A stretch of 64,000 bases of DNA from contig NC_135661.1 of assembly GCF_964188315.1 (NCBI RefSeq), forward strand, positions 16,554,001-16,618,000, written 5' to 3'. Source of the DNA: Podarcis muralis. Its lineage: Eukaryota. The position numbers and the translations under genes were made by a program. Shown piece after piece: positions 9,746-21,300 of this stretch. Every line of letters starts with the position of its first letter. Position 1 is the stretch's first letter. Below the pieces are notes generated by a model. The model saw only the letters and a list, made by a program, of their open reading frames with translations, was not told the origin of the DNA and did not search any database.

Positions 9746-12700
9746 ATGAGTTCCAGTCATAAAAGGGAGCAGCCAGAAACTTTCAAACCAAGACCTCTCG
9801 GCTTAACCCAAGGTAACCCCCCAAGACCTCTTATGCCAAAGAACTAGGGCCATCTTATCAAATGACCAGCTGTTGTCTCCCTGACCTCCTCCCCTCTCCC
9901 TGACTCCAGGTCTAGCAGAGATGTATGAGGAAGAGCTGCTCTATGATGCCACCCTCATAGCTGATGGACAAAGATTCCCTTGCCACAGGTAGGCCTTGAT
10001 TTTTCTGAGCAACATGAAGGCTGCCCAGAACTCATTGTTTGAATGCAAAGAGCATCTCAGGTTCATCTGCCTTTAAAAAGAAGGGGGGGGGGAATCAAGT
10101 AGGTGAGGGCAGGGAACATTTTTTCAACCTTAAGGTCATATTCCATTCTCAGCAATGTCAAGGGGTGGGAGTCAAGAGTAGGTCAGTAATAAGTCACACG
10201 GTGTCAGGAATTTAACTCTTGATTCAGAGAAACCAAGCAGTTCAAGCCTAGTGAACACAACTCTACCCGGTAGCTATTGCCTCAAGGAAAATCACTTGCC
10301 AGGACTGAAGGTCCCCACTGTCCCACAGCTCTCTAAGTCTCCTCCTCCACTGGTTCCTTCTCAAGCAATTTGAGGTCTTGCATGTCTTTGCTCCACCCTC
10401 TTCATATCCCTTTGAGTTCTGAGAGACCGGGGAGGGGGGGAGATGGTCACAGCAAGAAGGAGAGACAGCCTGTCTTCATCCCCAGCCTGACTCATCTCTG
10501 CCTCTTGGCCCCTTCTCCTCTCCAGCCTCCAATTCTGCCTCTGCTTCTGGACTGCTGCCTTCCACAGTCTCCTCCCACTCACTAAAGCGTTCCCTCTTCA
10601 GCTCCCAACACCTCCTCCTCTCAATCTGCTCCCTCTTCTCCCTCTGACCACTCATCATCATCCCAACACCACTCCCCGGGGTCTGAGCCTTCTTCCCTTG
10701 AGGTTCCCCAGTTGGTGCCTCCTACCAGTCCTCTGCATCCAGCCAGTCCATGGCAAACAACCTTCCAAGGGTTTGAACTTGGCCTCCAGCAATTGCAGTT
10801 CTCTCTTTCCTTCCCTGCAGAGTGCTGCTAGCAGCTATTAGCCCCTACTTTCGGGACATTTTCATCAATACCTGGAAAGAATCTGGTGGGAAAGAAGTTC
10901 TGCTTCAGGAGGTGTCTCCATTCGTCATCGAAAACATTCTGAAATATATCTACACAGAGGACATAACACTCACCCCTGAGCTGGCGCCGCACCTCTTTGC
11001 TGGGGCCAACCGCTTACAGATCATACCGCTGCAGAACCTCTGCTGTAGGTAAGTCACTGCATCTTTCTTCTCACACCATGACTGTGCATGCAGTTCCACA
11101 ATTTGACAGGTGCAATGTACATCACACCATGAGCATGCAAATTCCAACTTGGTTGGCTTTAAAAGAGATAAATTTGTGGAGGATCAGGCTATCAATGCCA
11201 CTATTCCTGATGGTTATGTTCTACTTCCACTATTGGAAGCAGCATACTTCTGCATGCCAGTGTGCTCTTCCCTTCAGGTCCTGCTTATCTGCTGCCCATG
11301 GCCATCTGCTTGCCCACTGTGAAAACAGGAGGGTAGCCTAGAGGGACCATTGGTCTGATCCAGCAGGACTCTTCTTATGCTTGTAGTGCATAATATCTTA
11401 TCAGGATTCTTTTAGCCCAGGAATGGAGAACCTGTAGTACTACTGGACCACCAGACCCCATCATTCCCATCAATGGTCAAGGATGATGGGAACTGGAGTT
11501 CAGCATCATTTGAAGCAAGGTCCTTCAGCCTTGGAACTTCAGAACTACAGCTCCCAACATCCCTACCATTGACTATCCTGGCTGGGGATGATGGAAGTTG
11601 TAGTTCAAAAAACATCTAGGGACTCAAGGCTGAAAAATAAAGTAAGGTCACAAGTTACTCACACCTGCTTTAGCTAAATTTGGAATGAGGAGTGAGGGAT
11701 AATGAAGAACTGCTGCAAAGAGACAGCTTCGAAATCTGTGGTTGCTGTCTCATGGAACATTGAATATGGACACAAATGGAGAATCTAAAAATGTCTATAA
11801 AATTCTGGTGTTTTTTATGATTATAAGAGTTATATCCATAGAGAAATCCAAAGGAGTCTCCAACCAGTTTTTGCTGCAATTTAGAGAGTCTTTGTCAAGG
11901 CCCTTGGACTATGGATACAACTATGGGATTGCTTCATTCAACACAGCTTCCCAGTATTTGTTACATGGCCAAAGGATCTTCAGGACTAATGTAAAATCAT
12001 GAAACAGCGGGTTGCCATATTAGCATGCATTTTCCCGTAAGCAAATTCCTGCTGGATCATCCAGTCCACCCGGATCTCAGAGTGGCCATCCACATGTCTA
12101 GATAGGAAACTCACAAGCAGGACGTGGGTTCAAGAGCATTCTTCTCAGTTGTGATTCCCAGAAGCTGGAATTCAGAGGCATACTGGCTCCAACAGGGGAG
12201 GTAGAACAACAGAACCATCATGGAGGGTAGCCATTGGTAGCCTTATGAATTTGTCTAATCCTCTTTCAAAGCCTTCCAATTGGGTGGCCATTTGGCGGTC
12301 CTGAGGCTAACCACCAGGTTTCATGGTGGGAGTCATGCTGGTTCCTCTGCTCCACAGGCCTTCCTGTTCCTTCTTTCTCCTTCCAGCTTCCTCGGGAAAA
12401 ATCTCTCTGTGCAGAACTGCTTTGAGATGTATTCTTTGGCGAGGATGCATAAGAGTCCTGCCCTCCTCCATGCAGTCATACGCTTCCTCACCAGAAAATT
12501 CAGCCAGGTCTGCGAGCATGAGAGTTTCCGCCAGCTGGACCTCAGCACACTCATCACCCTGATATCCTCCAGCAACCTTGAAGTGGCTTCAGAGATCAAG
12601 GTCTATCGGGCAGTGCGACTCTGGGTGCAAGGGCAATCCAGCAAGCATGGTCCTCTGCTAGGAGACCTGATGCGCCATGTCCGCTTCCCGCTCTTCAGTC

Positions 12701-13830
12701 CGGAGGAGCAAGTCGAACTACAGAGGGACTTGGAGAAGTGGAAGGACCTCAGGCTCGAGTGGAAGGTGCTGGATGGCGAGGAGAGGTTTCGTCACATCAA
12801 GGGCCTCCGACAGGGCATGTACAAGCCGCACATCCTGTGCATCGACACCCAGATGTGCGAGTACCAGGAGCTGGAGAGTGAAGAGGCCCACATGGGCTGC
12901 TATGACCCACAGACCGAACTATGGGAGAAGCTTCCCGGCTTGCAGTCCTTGACGCATGCGTGTTGCGCCACAGCTGGTGAGAAGATCTACGTCTCTGGGG
13001 GCATCTGTAAGAACTCTTACTCCACCGCCGTCTATGAGTTCAGCTCTTTCAGAAACCAGTGGCTGCAGCTCGCACCCATGACTGTGCCCAGGGCTGCACA
13101 TGGATTCCTGTTCCACAACCAGAAGCTCTACGCCATGGGGGGATGGTGTCAGTTCCAAAGCTTCCTCAACTTGGCTGAGGCTTTTGATCTTGCGACAGGG
13201 ACGTGGGCTACGATCGCAAAGCTCCCGTTTGCCCTGAGTCACCCGGCCTCAAGCGTCTTCCAGAACAAGCTGTACCTCCTTGGCGGCGCGACGGGAGTTT
13301 CTGGCCAGTGGCTGTTCCACAAAGGCTTCCTGATCTACGAGACCAGCTCCAACACATGGACTCAGGTGCCTCTGTCCACGGGTTTCTTTGCTGCAGGAGC
13401 TGTGGCTGGGGACAGGGGGATCTATGTAATCGGGGGGTACATCGAGAAGAAAATACGGGGCTGGGTTGAAGGGCTCCTCATCCCCGAGAACCGCCACAGC
13501 TCTCGCAAGTGCTTCTTAGTCAACGAGACTGGCAAAATTAGTGGCGACATTGGTATGCCCAAACTGCCGCGTGGGGTTGCCAACGCAGGGGTAGTCTCCT
13601 GCGGGAAGCGGATCTACGTGTTGGGTGGGGAAGACTTAACCCAGCGCTACAAGATGATTTACTACTGGGAGCCTGGAGAACCCCGCTGGCACCGGTGCAC
13701 AACAGAGATCCCTACCACCCGTGAGGGCATCAGCAGTTTTGGATGTGTGACCATGATGAGGCCCATCCCACATATCCGCCAGCTCTTCCAGGGCACCGCC
13801 CTTGTCATTGTGTCTGCAGCCAGCAAATAG
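9746..13830 (+). CDS. Kelch-like (BTB-BACK-Kelch) protein A, 605 aa; coding exons 9746-9812, 9910-9988, 10821-11048, 12387-13830
   Basis: Canonical splice sites and a 1818-nt in-frame CDS. BTB motif DATLIADGQRFPCHR-VLLAAISPYF...ILKYIYT, BACK motif SEIKVYRAVRLWV...VRFPL, and Kelch GG/Y/W repeats (KIYVSGG, KLYAMGG, KLYLLGG, GIYVIGG, RIYVLGG). The specific KLHL/KBTBD orthologue was not recognised. Confidence 0.9.
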
Positions 13831-14571
13831 CCATCCCCCTGGTGATCCTGAATGAACTTTCAAGTTAGCAGAAACCGGGCAGACACATGCAAATAAATCA
13901 TAGCAAAATTATGGATAGTCACCTACTGACTCGCTGCGAGACTTGGTCTGCAATGCTGTGAACAGCAGAACGCTTCCTATTGTTATCAATATAATTAATA
14001 TTATTTTCTATTAGTCATGTCCATTGCTTTCAGAGTAAGACTTTGTTTTGTTTGCCCTTTTCTGAGTTCTTTTTCCAGCTCTCCAGTATTCTTTTTGAGG
14101 TGAGGTGATCAGAATGGTGCACCGTATTCCTAGTATGGTTGCACCATAGATTCGTGTAGCAGTTTTATGACATTGACAGCTGTCAGGATGCTCTCAGTGG
14201 CTCCCGGCTGGTTGCCCAGGAAAGCATAAAACTAAGGAAACATTTCTTACTATCCTTTTTTATTTCAATGTTACAGAGAGAGGCTATAGAACCCAGCCTC
14301 TTTGATAATGGTGTCCCAAGTGAATCTCCAGCCCCTGTCTCTCCCACTTCCTCATTCATCATCATCACCATCCTCCTCATCTCTACAGGTGCTCCTATTT
14401 GCCCTCTGTCTTTGAACTCTTTGCTCTCCTACTTTTAAGGCTTGCCAGGTTCCGGGAGATGGCAGGTGCGGAATGCTTTCTAAAGACAGTGTGTCAGCTG
14501 GGTGTTGCTCTGGCTCTCTCATTACCGTATTTCCCAACTTTCCCCCTCATCTGCCTTTGGGCTGTTACTTG

Positions 14572-14934
14572 CTGTATTTTTCACTCTATAAGACGCACCA
14601 GACCATAAGATGCACCTAGTTTTTGAAGGAGGAAAACAAGAGGAAAAAATATTCTGAATTCCAGAAACCATAACAGCAAGAGGGATCGCTGTGCAGCAGT
14701 CCCTCTTGCTGTTCTGGCTTCAGCGAAAGCAATGCAAAGACTCTTCAGGGCAGCAGGAGGAAAGCTCCCCCTGCCCTGAAGAGGCTTCGTGCGGCTATCC
14801 CAGAAGCCAGAACAGCAAGAGGGATCGCTGCGCAGCCTGCATTCGCTCCATAAGACACACACACATTTCCCCTTACTTTTTTCCCCTTACTTTTTAGGAG
14901 GGGAAAAGTGTTTTTTATAGAGCAAAAAATACGG
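14572..14934. mobile_element. Tc1/pogo-type MITE with C(C/T)GTATTTTT termini
   Basis: Inverted termini CTGTATTTTTCACTCTATAA / TTATAGAGCAAAAAATACGG followed by TA, with internal direct and inverted repeats of AACAGCAAGAGGGA. A partial related element ends at 47948. Confidence 0.7.
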
Positions 14935-14962
14935 TAGCCCAAACCCCTGTTGTAAATCTATA

Positions 14963-15204
14963 CAGTGGTACCTCGGTTTAAGAACTTAATTTGTTCTGGA
15001 GGTCCGTTCTTAACCTGAAACTATTCTTAACCTGAGGTACCACTTTATCTGATGGGGCCTCCCACTGCTGCCATGCCCTCACCATGCAATTTTTGTTCCC
15101 ATCCTGAAGCAAAGTTCTTAACCTGAGGTACTATTTCTGGGTTAGCAGAGTCTGTAACCTGAAGCGTCTGTAACCTGAAGCATCTGTAACCTGAGGTACT
15201 ACTG
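14963..15204. mobile_element. Tc1/mariner-type MITE
   Basis: TA-flanked, with termini CAGTGGTACCTCGG / CTGAGGTACTACTG. Confidence 0.85.
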
Positions 15205-16274
15205 TACTGTCTTCCTCTTCCTCTTCCCTGGAAGGGTCAGGATGGGGAGGCAACCTCCACCATTCCTCCTCCTCTGCCCAGTCCCTGACAACAGTTTTAT
15301 TTCCAGTCCTTGTTCTTGTGATCCCTTGTGTGAAATTTACCTTTTTCCCCCCACAGCTGCTGCAGTTGATATCTTTGTTGACCTATCTGTTACAACCTTG
15401 TTCCTGGTTAGTCAGCTCCAGTTCAGACCCCATGAGTGTGTGAGATCAGGACACCCACAATTGCCTATCACTTCACACCTGCTTCTTTGAATTGCACCTG
15501 CCATTTTACTTGCCCATTCACCCAGTTTGGAGGAGTTTGGAGCAAACTTGGCTACTTCGCTGCTCACCCAAATTCTAGGACATTTAAAAAGCTTACCTCT
15601 TTGTTGTGACACACATGCACTCAGTTTAAGCGAGAGTAATTAAAATCAACTATTACTACAGTATAAATCCTCTCCTTCTCCAGCTCAAGATCACCTGGGC
15701 ATTTTGGTCAGGAGAGTGGATCATACAACCCCAGTACTGAATTGTCATTTACAACAATTCTGTGAAGGAGTCTACCCTTTTGGGGATTGCAATCACTAGA
15801 AATGCCCTATTGGATGTAAAGAGAGACCCTCATCTCCAGGAAGCCCTTCTCCATCCTTCCCAGAGATAACCATGTTGTTTCCATTTCGCCAGGATTCTGT
15901 TATGTCCAGACCAAGCATTCCTGCTCATCTCTCTTGGAATCGTACCTGATAGGTAGGGTGGGAGACATTTTTTCAGCCTGAGGGACCCATTCCCTTTCAG
16001 GCCACGTTCTGGGGGCCACATGTCAGAAGTTGGCAGGGCCATAGGTAAAAGTGGGCGGAGCAATGGCAGTGAATTATACCTTTGCACAGTAGGCTGGCTT
16101 CTGTATACACTCACACAGTCCTCACTATCCTGATAATGAGAACAGCATCACCATGAGTTCTAAGACACATTCCTACTAGGGAAAACATTCAAGGAGTGTG
16201 TGAAGCAGGAGAGGTGAGGGGGGTGGCCTGTGGAAAGCTTGTGTGGCTGGAGAGGGGTTGTGGTCTGGAGAGAG

Positions 16275-16415
16275 NNNNNNNNNNNNNNNNNNNNNNNNNN
16301 NNNNNNNNNNNNNNNNNNNNNNNNNNNNNNNNNNNNNNNNNNNNNNNNNNNNNNNNNNNNNNNNNNNNNNNNNNNNNNNNNNNNNNNNNNNNNNNNNNNN
16401 NNNNNNNNNNNNNNN
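16275..16415. other. Assembly gap (141 N)
   Basis: Run of N between the two Kelch genes, adjacent to a SINE tail. Confidence 1.
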
Positions 16416-16635
16416 CTGCTTTATCACTACCCGAAGGAGTCTCAAAGCAGCTAACATTCTCCTTTCCCTTCCTCCCCCACAACAAGCACTCTGTGAGGTG
16501 AGTGGGGCTGAGAGACTTCAGAGAAGTGTGACTAGCAGAGAAGGTCACCCAGCAGCTGCATGTGGAGGAGCGGAGACGCGAACCCGGTTCACCAGATTAC
16601 GAGACTACTGCTCTTAACCACTACACCACACTGGC
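16416..16635 (-). mobile_element. tRNA-derived CORE/MIR-like SINE (Squam3-like)
   Basis: Reverse complement of the SINE at 23081-25279 (GCCAGTGTGGTGTAGTGGTTAAGAGC head); its tail runs into the gap. Confidence 0.85.
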
Positions 16636-16958
16636 TCTAGAGGCCTAGAGGGGTACACGTGGCCTCTTGGTAGGGTTGCCACCCATCCTGTATAATACCA
16701 GATTGTCCCTTATTTCAATGTAAAATGCTATGCTAGGTATTGATTCAATACAGGACACAGTTTGTCCTGTATTTCCCCTATTTCTGTGTGCACACATTCG
16801 CTCTCCCTCCCTCCCTGCCTCTTGTTTCTTTCCTTTCCTGTTTTTCTCCTCGCCCCCTCTCCTTATCCCACCTCCAAGGAGGAGCAAACGAGGGCAAGGC
16901 TTTCATGTTGTCCCTTCCAGTCCCCTACACCTTTGGCATGGGTTAAGGTGCCTGGTGA

Positions 16959-17330
16959 GGGACGAGGGTGGCGCTGTGGCACTGTGGGTAAAAGCCTCAG
17001 CGCCTAGGGCTTGCTGATCGAAAGGTTGGCGGTTCGAATCCCCGCGGCGGGGTGCGCTCCCGTTGCTCGGTCCCAGCGCCTGCCAACCTAGCAGTTCGAA
17101 AGCACCCCCAGGTGCTAGTAGATAAATAGGGACCGCTTACCAGCGGGAAGGTAAACGGCGTTCCGTGTGCTGCGCTGGCTCGCCAGATGCAGCTTTGTCA
17201 CGCTGGCCACGTGACCCGGAAGTGTCTCCGGACAGCGCTGGCCCCCGGGCTCTTAAGTGAGATGGGCGCTCAACCCTAGAGTCTGTCAAGACTGGCCCGT
17301 ACGGGCAGGGGTACCTTTACATTTACCTTT
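16959..17330 (+). mobile_element. Sauria SINE, young CpG-rich subfamily
   Basis: Full-length head to (ACCTTT) tail; TAAGGTGCCT occurs on both sides (16944-16953, 17331-17340). Confidence 0.9.
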
Positions 17331-18358
17331 TAAGGTGCCTATCCAAAGAGCTGCAGCCTGGGAGTGTCGGGCCGCATCCCTCCAGTGGTACAGCATAGGG
17401 GTGGGCATAGGGACAGTTACCCCAGGTGCAAAATTGTTACGGGCACAAAATTTCAACACTTGGTGCTACCTCGATACAGCTGCATGCATCCATCACTGGG
17501 CTCCGTGCTTCTCCATGCAAACCAGGTATGACCTCTCCAGACAATGGAATGACTCTGCTTATCTCTGTGACTGCAATCTCTTGGATAACGCAGGTGCTGT
17601 TAAGCAGTTTAATACACAGGCATACTCCACCCAGTTCCCTCCCTTCCATTCCCCCCTTCAAGTAGCCCCGGGCTCTGGCGACCCATGCTACACCACTGCA
17701 TTCCTCAGAGAGAAACAGGTTCCGAGATTCTAGAAACAAGCGGTTTTGTGTCAGTGTAGTTCAGAAGCCCCAGTTCTGAACATAACTATGTTCTACAGGA
17801 TATTTGGGAGAGGAGGGTGAGGGAGAATTAGCTCCCCATAAGGCTTGCCCTCCACTCCTAATGTTTTTTCCTCTCCTTCAGAAGCATAACATGTGGAACA
17901 AAGTCTGTTTCCTCATCAGAATATGCCCCACTATTTATTTATTTTGTCCTGGCCTGAACGTACAGTACTGGATGTGTTTGAAAGGGTGTGTGAAAGGTCA
18001 TGGATTTGAGCTCTGGGTAGCAAAGCACAGACAGGTTTGCAAATCCATGAGCACGTGTCTGCGTGTGACAAATTCCAGAGTGGCATCCGGGTTGGCTGCA
18101 ATAGAGTGCAACTGATTGCTTTAAAGTCATTTCAGTGCCGGGGGGCAGGGGCAATTGCCACCTCATCCAGCCCACAACCCAACCCGCCATCCTATTCTGT
18201 ATTTTGCCTGAACAAAGGTGGCAACTCTACCCCTGGGTTTGAGGTTCCCCGGCCCTCTCTTACACCACTTAGATGGAAAATCATATAAATTACAAATAAA
18301 AAACTGAACACAAGTGGGTAGGTGATGACCAGTCCTTCTGTTCTATACCTCTCGAGAG

Positions 18359-21300
18359 TTAAGTGCCTTCAGGTTTCTCAGGCAGATCATCGCTGTAGAA
18401 AGCACTTTGCAAGCTGTCTGTGAGCCTCACCACCTCTATGGCTGTCAGTGCAACCGATGTCTTTCGGAAAAGCTCTAGGATGGGCTTTTTGGGAACCTTC
18501 ATGGTGGTGCAGCCAAAGCCGCTGAGTCCCCAACTGGTGAATGGCAGCCTCTCCTGGCACTGGACCCACTTAGGGGCTCCATGTTCCCAGTAGTAAACAG
18601 TGTTATAATATTCCTCTTCGTTCTCTCCTTCCAGGTTGTTATACATGTAGGTGTTCTCCCCACCCAGCACGTAAATGCGGTGCTTCCAGCGCACCACACC
18701 GGCCCCCGCCAGCTTTATGGGCAGCCTGGGGATAGTGACTCTCCTGTCCAACTGGCCATCTTCCCCCAGAAAGAAGCACTTCCGGGTGCAGCGCAGGTTC
18801 CCTGTTTCCGACCAGCGCTCGTTGTGCCTCGTCCGGCTCCGGAAGTAGCCCCCGATCACATAGATCCCGTTGTTCATGGCCACAGCGCCAGACCAGTAGC
18901 ACTCGTTGTCCAGGTACACTTGACTCCACGTGTCAGAGCTCACTTCGTAGATCAGGACCTTCCGGGAAGCGTACCATGAGCCGGCGGTGTCTGTGACGCC
19001 GCCGACCAGGTAGAGCTTGTTCCTGAGCACCGCCGAGGCAAAGTGGCTGAGCGCAAAAGGCATCCTTTTAATCGGGGCCCAGAACTTTCTCTCCAAGTCG
19101 AAGCACTCCGCTGTGTCGAGGTAGTCCTCATACTTGCACCAGCCACCCATGGCGAACAGCTGCTGGTTGCAGGCGAGGAAGCCGTGGGAGGCCCTGGCCA
19201 CAGACATGGAAGGGAGCTGAGTCCAGCGACCCCTCAAGGGGCTGTACTCGTGCATCGTGTCCGAATAAGAGTCATCCGTGTGGACCCCTCCGGTGACGTA
19301 CAGCTTATCCCCGACTGCCACACAGCGGGCGCAATACAGGCATTTCAACAGGGGCATTTTCCCCCACGTTTCAGCCTGGGGGTTGAAGCAGCCGACCTGG
19401 AAGTCCTTGGTCTTCAGTTCTGGGCCTTCCATGTTGAAGAGGTCCACGCAGATGATGCAGGTGGAGTACATCCCTCTTCGCAGGCCTCCGCTGTGCTGCA
19501 GCCTCTCCTGGCGGTTGAAGCGCTTCCACCGCAGGCGGACGTCCCTGTTGCACATCAGCTCGGACTGGACCACCCTCAGCTCCTCCTGGGTCAAGAGCGG
19601 GAGGCGCACATGCGTCAGGAGCTGCCCCAGAAATGGCAGGCGGCTGTCACTCTGGGCCATCACCCAGCGCCACACGGCCCGGTAGACGGTGAGTTCGGAA
19701 GAGACCACCAGACTATCCAAGGAGATGATGCTAATGAGGGTACTGAGGTTCAAGTTGGGGAAGGTCTTGTCCTCGATGGAGAGGCGCTTGAAGTGCAGGT
19801 TGACCAGGATCTTGGCTTCTTGGAGGAGATCAGGGTCGCTGTGTGCGAAGCCCAGTTGGTAGAGCGAAAGGCAGTTCTCTGGGGAGATGTGTTCCAAGAG
19901 GTATCTGGGGCGGACAGATGGGAAGGTAAAAAGGTAAAGGATCCCTGGATGGTTAAGTCCAGTCAAAGGTGACTATGGGGTTCATCTCGCTTTCAGGCTG
20001 AGGGAGCCGGCATTTATCCACAGACAGCCTTCCGGGTCATGTGGCCAGCATGACTAAACCGCTTCTGGCACAACGGGACACCCTGACAGAAACCAGAGCA
20101 TACGGAAACGCCATTTACCTACCTGCCACACTACATCTTATCTGGAATTGTGCATGAGCCCTGCAGATGTCACTCCTGACTCATGGGGGAGAAATTACTT
20201 TGGTTCACACTTTAAAGTCAATCTACCTAATCTACACTTCTTGAATCTAAAGGCAAAGTGAAAGCATAGCCATTTTTCAACAATTGTGCAAAGCAGTTCT
20301 TCAGTCAAAAGGGGAGCATCTACATTATTGCTTGCAAAATAAAATGGGGGGGGGGGAATGCATATACCTAGGAGAAAGGCACTAAAAAAGGTCTGCCGAT
20401 TTTCCTGCAAGCTTATAAAAAGAAATTTTGATACAGAAATGGGACAAACTGACGGTTGGAAAACTGAGAAACTGAGAAAAATGGACGTATTTATCTATCC
20501 CTATTGCTTCAGCATGTGATGGAAGTGCACTTGATTGGAGAAGGGAATGTCTTTGCACCATAATATTCCACTTCCCCAGAATCTGCAATAGCTTGAACAT
20601 CCAGGCAACAACTGATTTATGTGAGTCCAATTGACGCACGACCATGAAAGTGTGTATCGCGGCAACCCGGAAGCAGCCAGAAAAGAGGGTGAAACAGGAG
20701 GCAGAAGGGGGTGGGGCAGGGGCATAACAGGGAGGAGTGGGCTTATGCATGTTCCACCATCATGCACAATAACCAGGAATGCAACTACCACACAAATCAG
20801 GAGTTGCCTGTAGTTACAGAAGAGGCAGAAAGGCCTTATTTCAAAGGGGTCCTCCTTTCACACCAATTAGAGGCAGAGAAGATGGAGATACACTTTCCGT
20901 GCAAACTGGTCGTGTTTACTGTTCTGATCGGCTTGTGCTACTGACCAACCCATGCTGTTAACTTGGCTGGTTCATAAAGATGTCATGTCACTGGCTTAGG
21001 TAAAGGGACCCCTGACCATTAGGTCCAGCCATGGACGACTCTGGGGTTGCGGTGCTCATTTCGCTTTACTGCCCAAGGGAGCTGACATACAGTTTCAGGG
21101 TCACATAGCCAGCATGACTAAGCTGCTTCTGGTGAACCAGAGCAGTGCACAGAAATGCTGTTTACCTTCCTGCCAGAGTGGTACCTATTTATCTACTTGC
21201 ACTTGATGTGCTTTCGAACTGCTAGGTTGGCAGGTAGGGACCGAGCAACAGGAGCTCACCCCGTCGAGGGGATTTGAACCACTGACCTTCTAAATGGCAA

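Noticed and set aside
9691-9762. Overlapping uORF on Kelch gene A
   Set aside because: ATG 9691 lies upstream of the likely acceptor AG (9696-9697), so it is probably intronic.
16176-16617. ORFs spanning the N run
   Set aside because: Artefacts of the assembly gap plus SINE sequence.
19043-19972. 309-aa plus-strand ORF
   Set aside because: It is the antisense shadow of the GC-rich Kelch B exon, has no recognisable domain, and begins inside a SINE-free coding region on the wrong strand.
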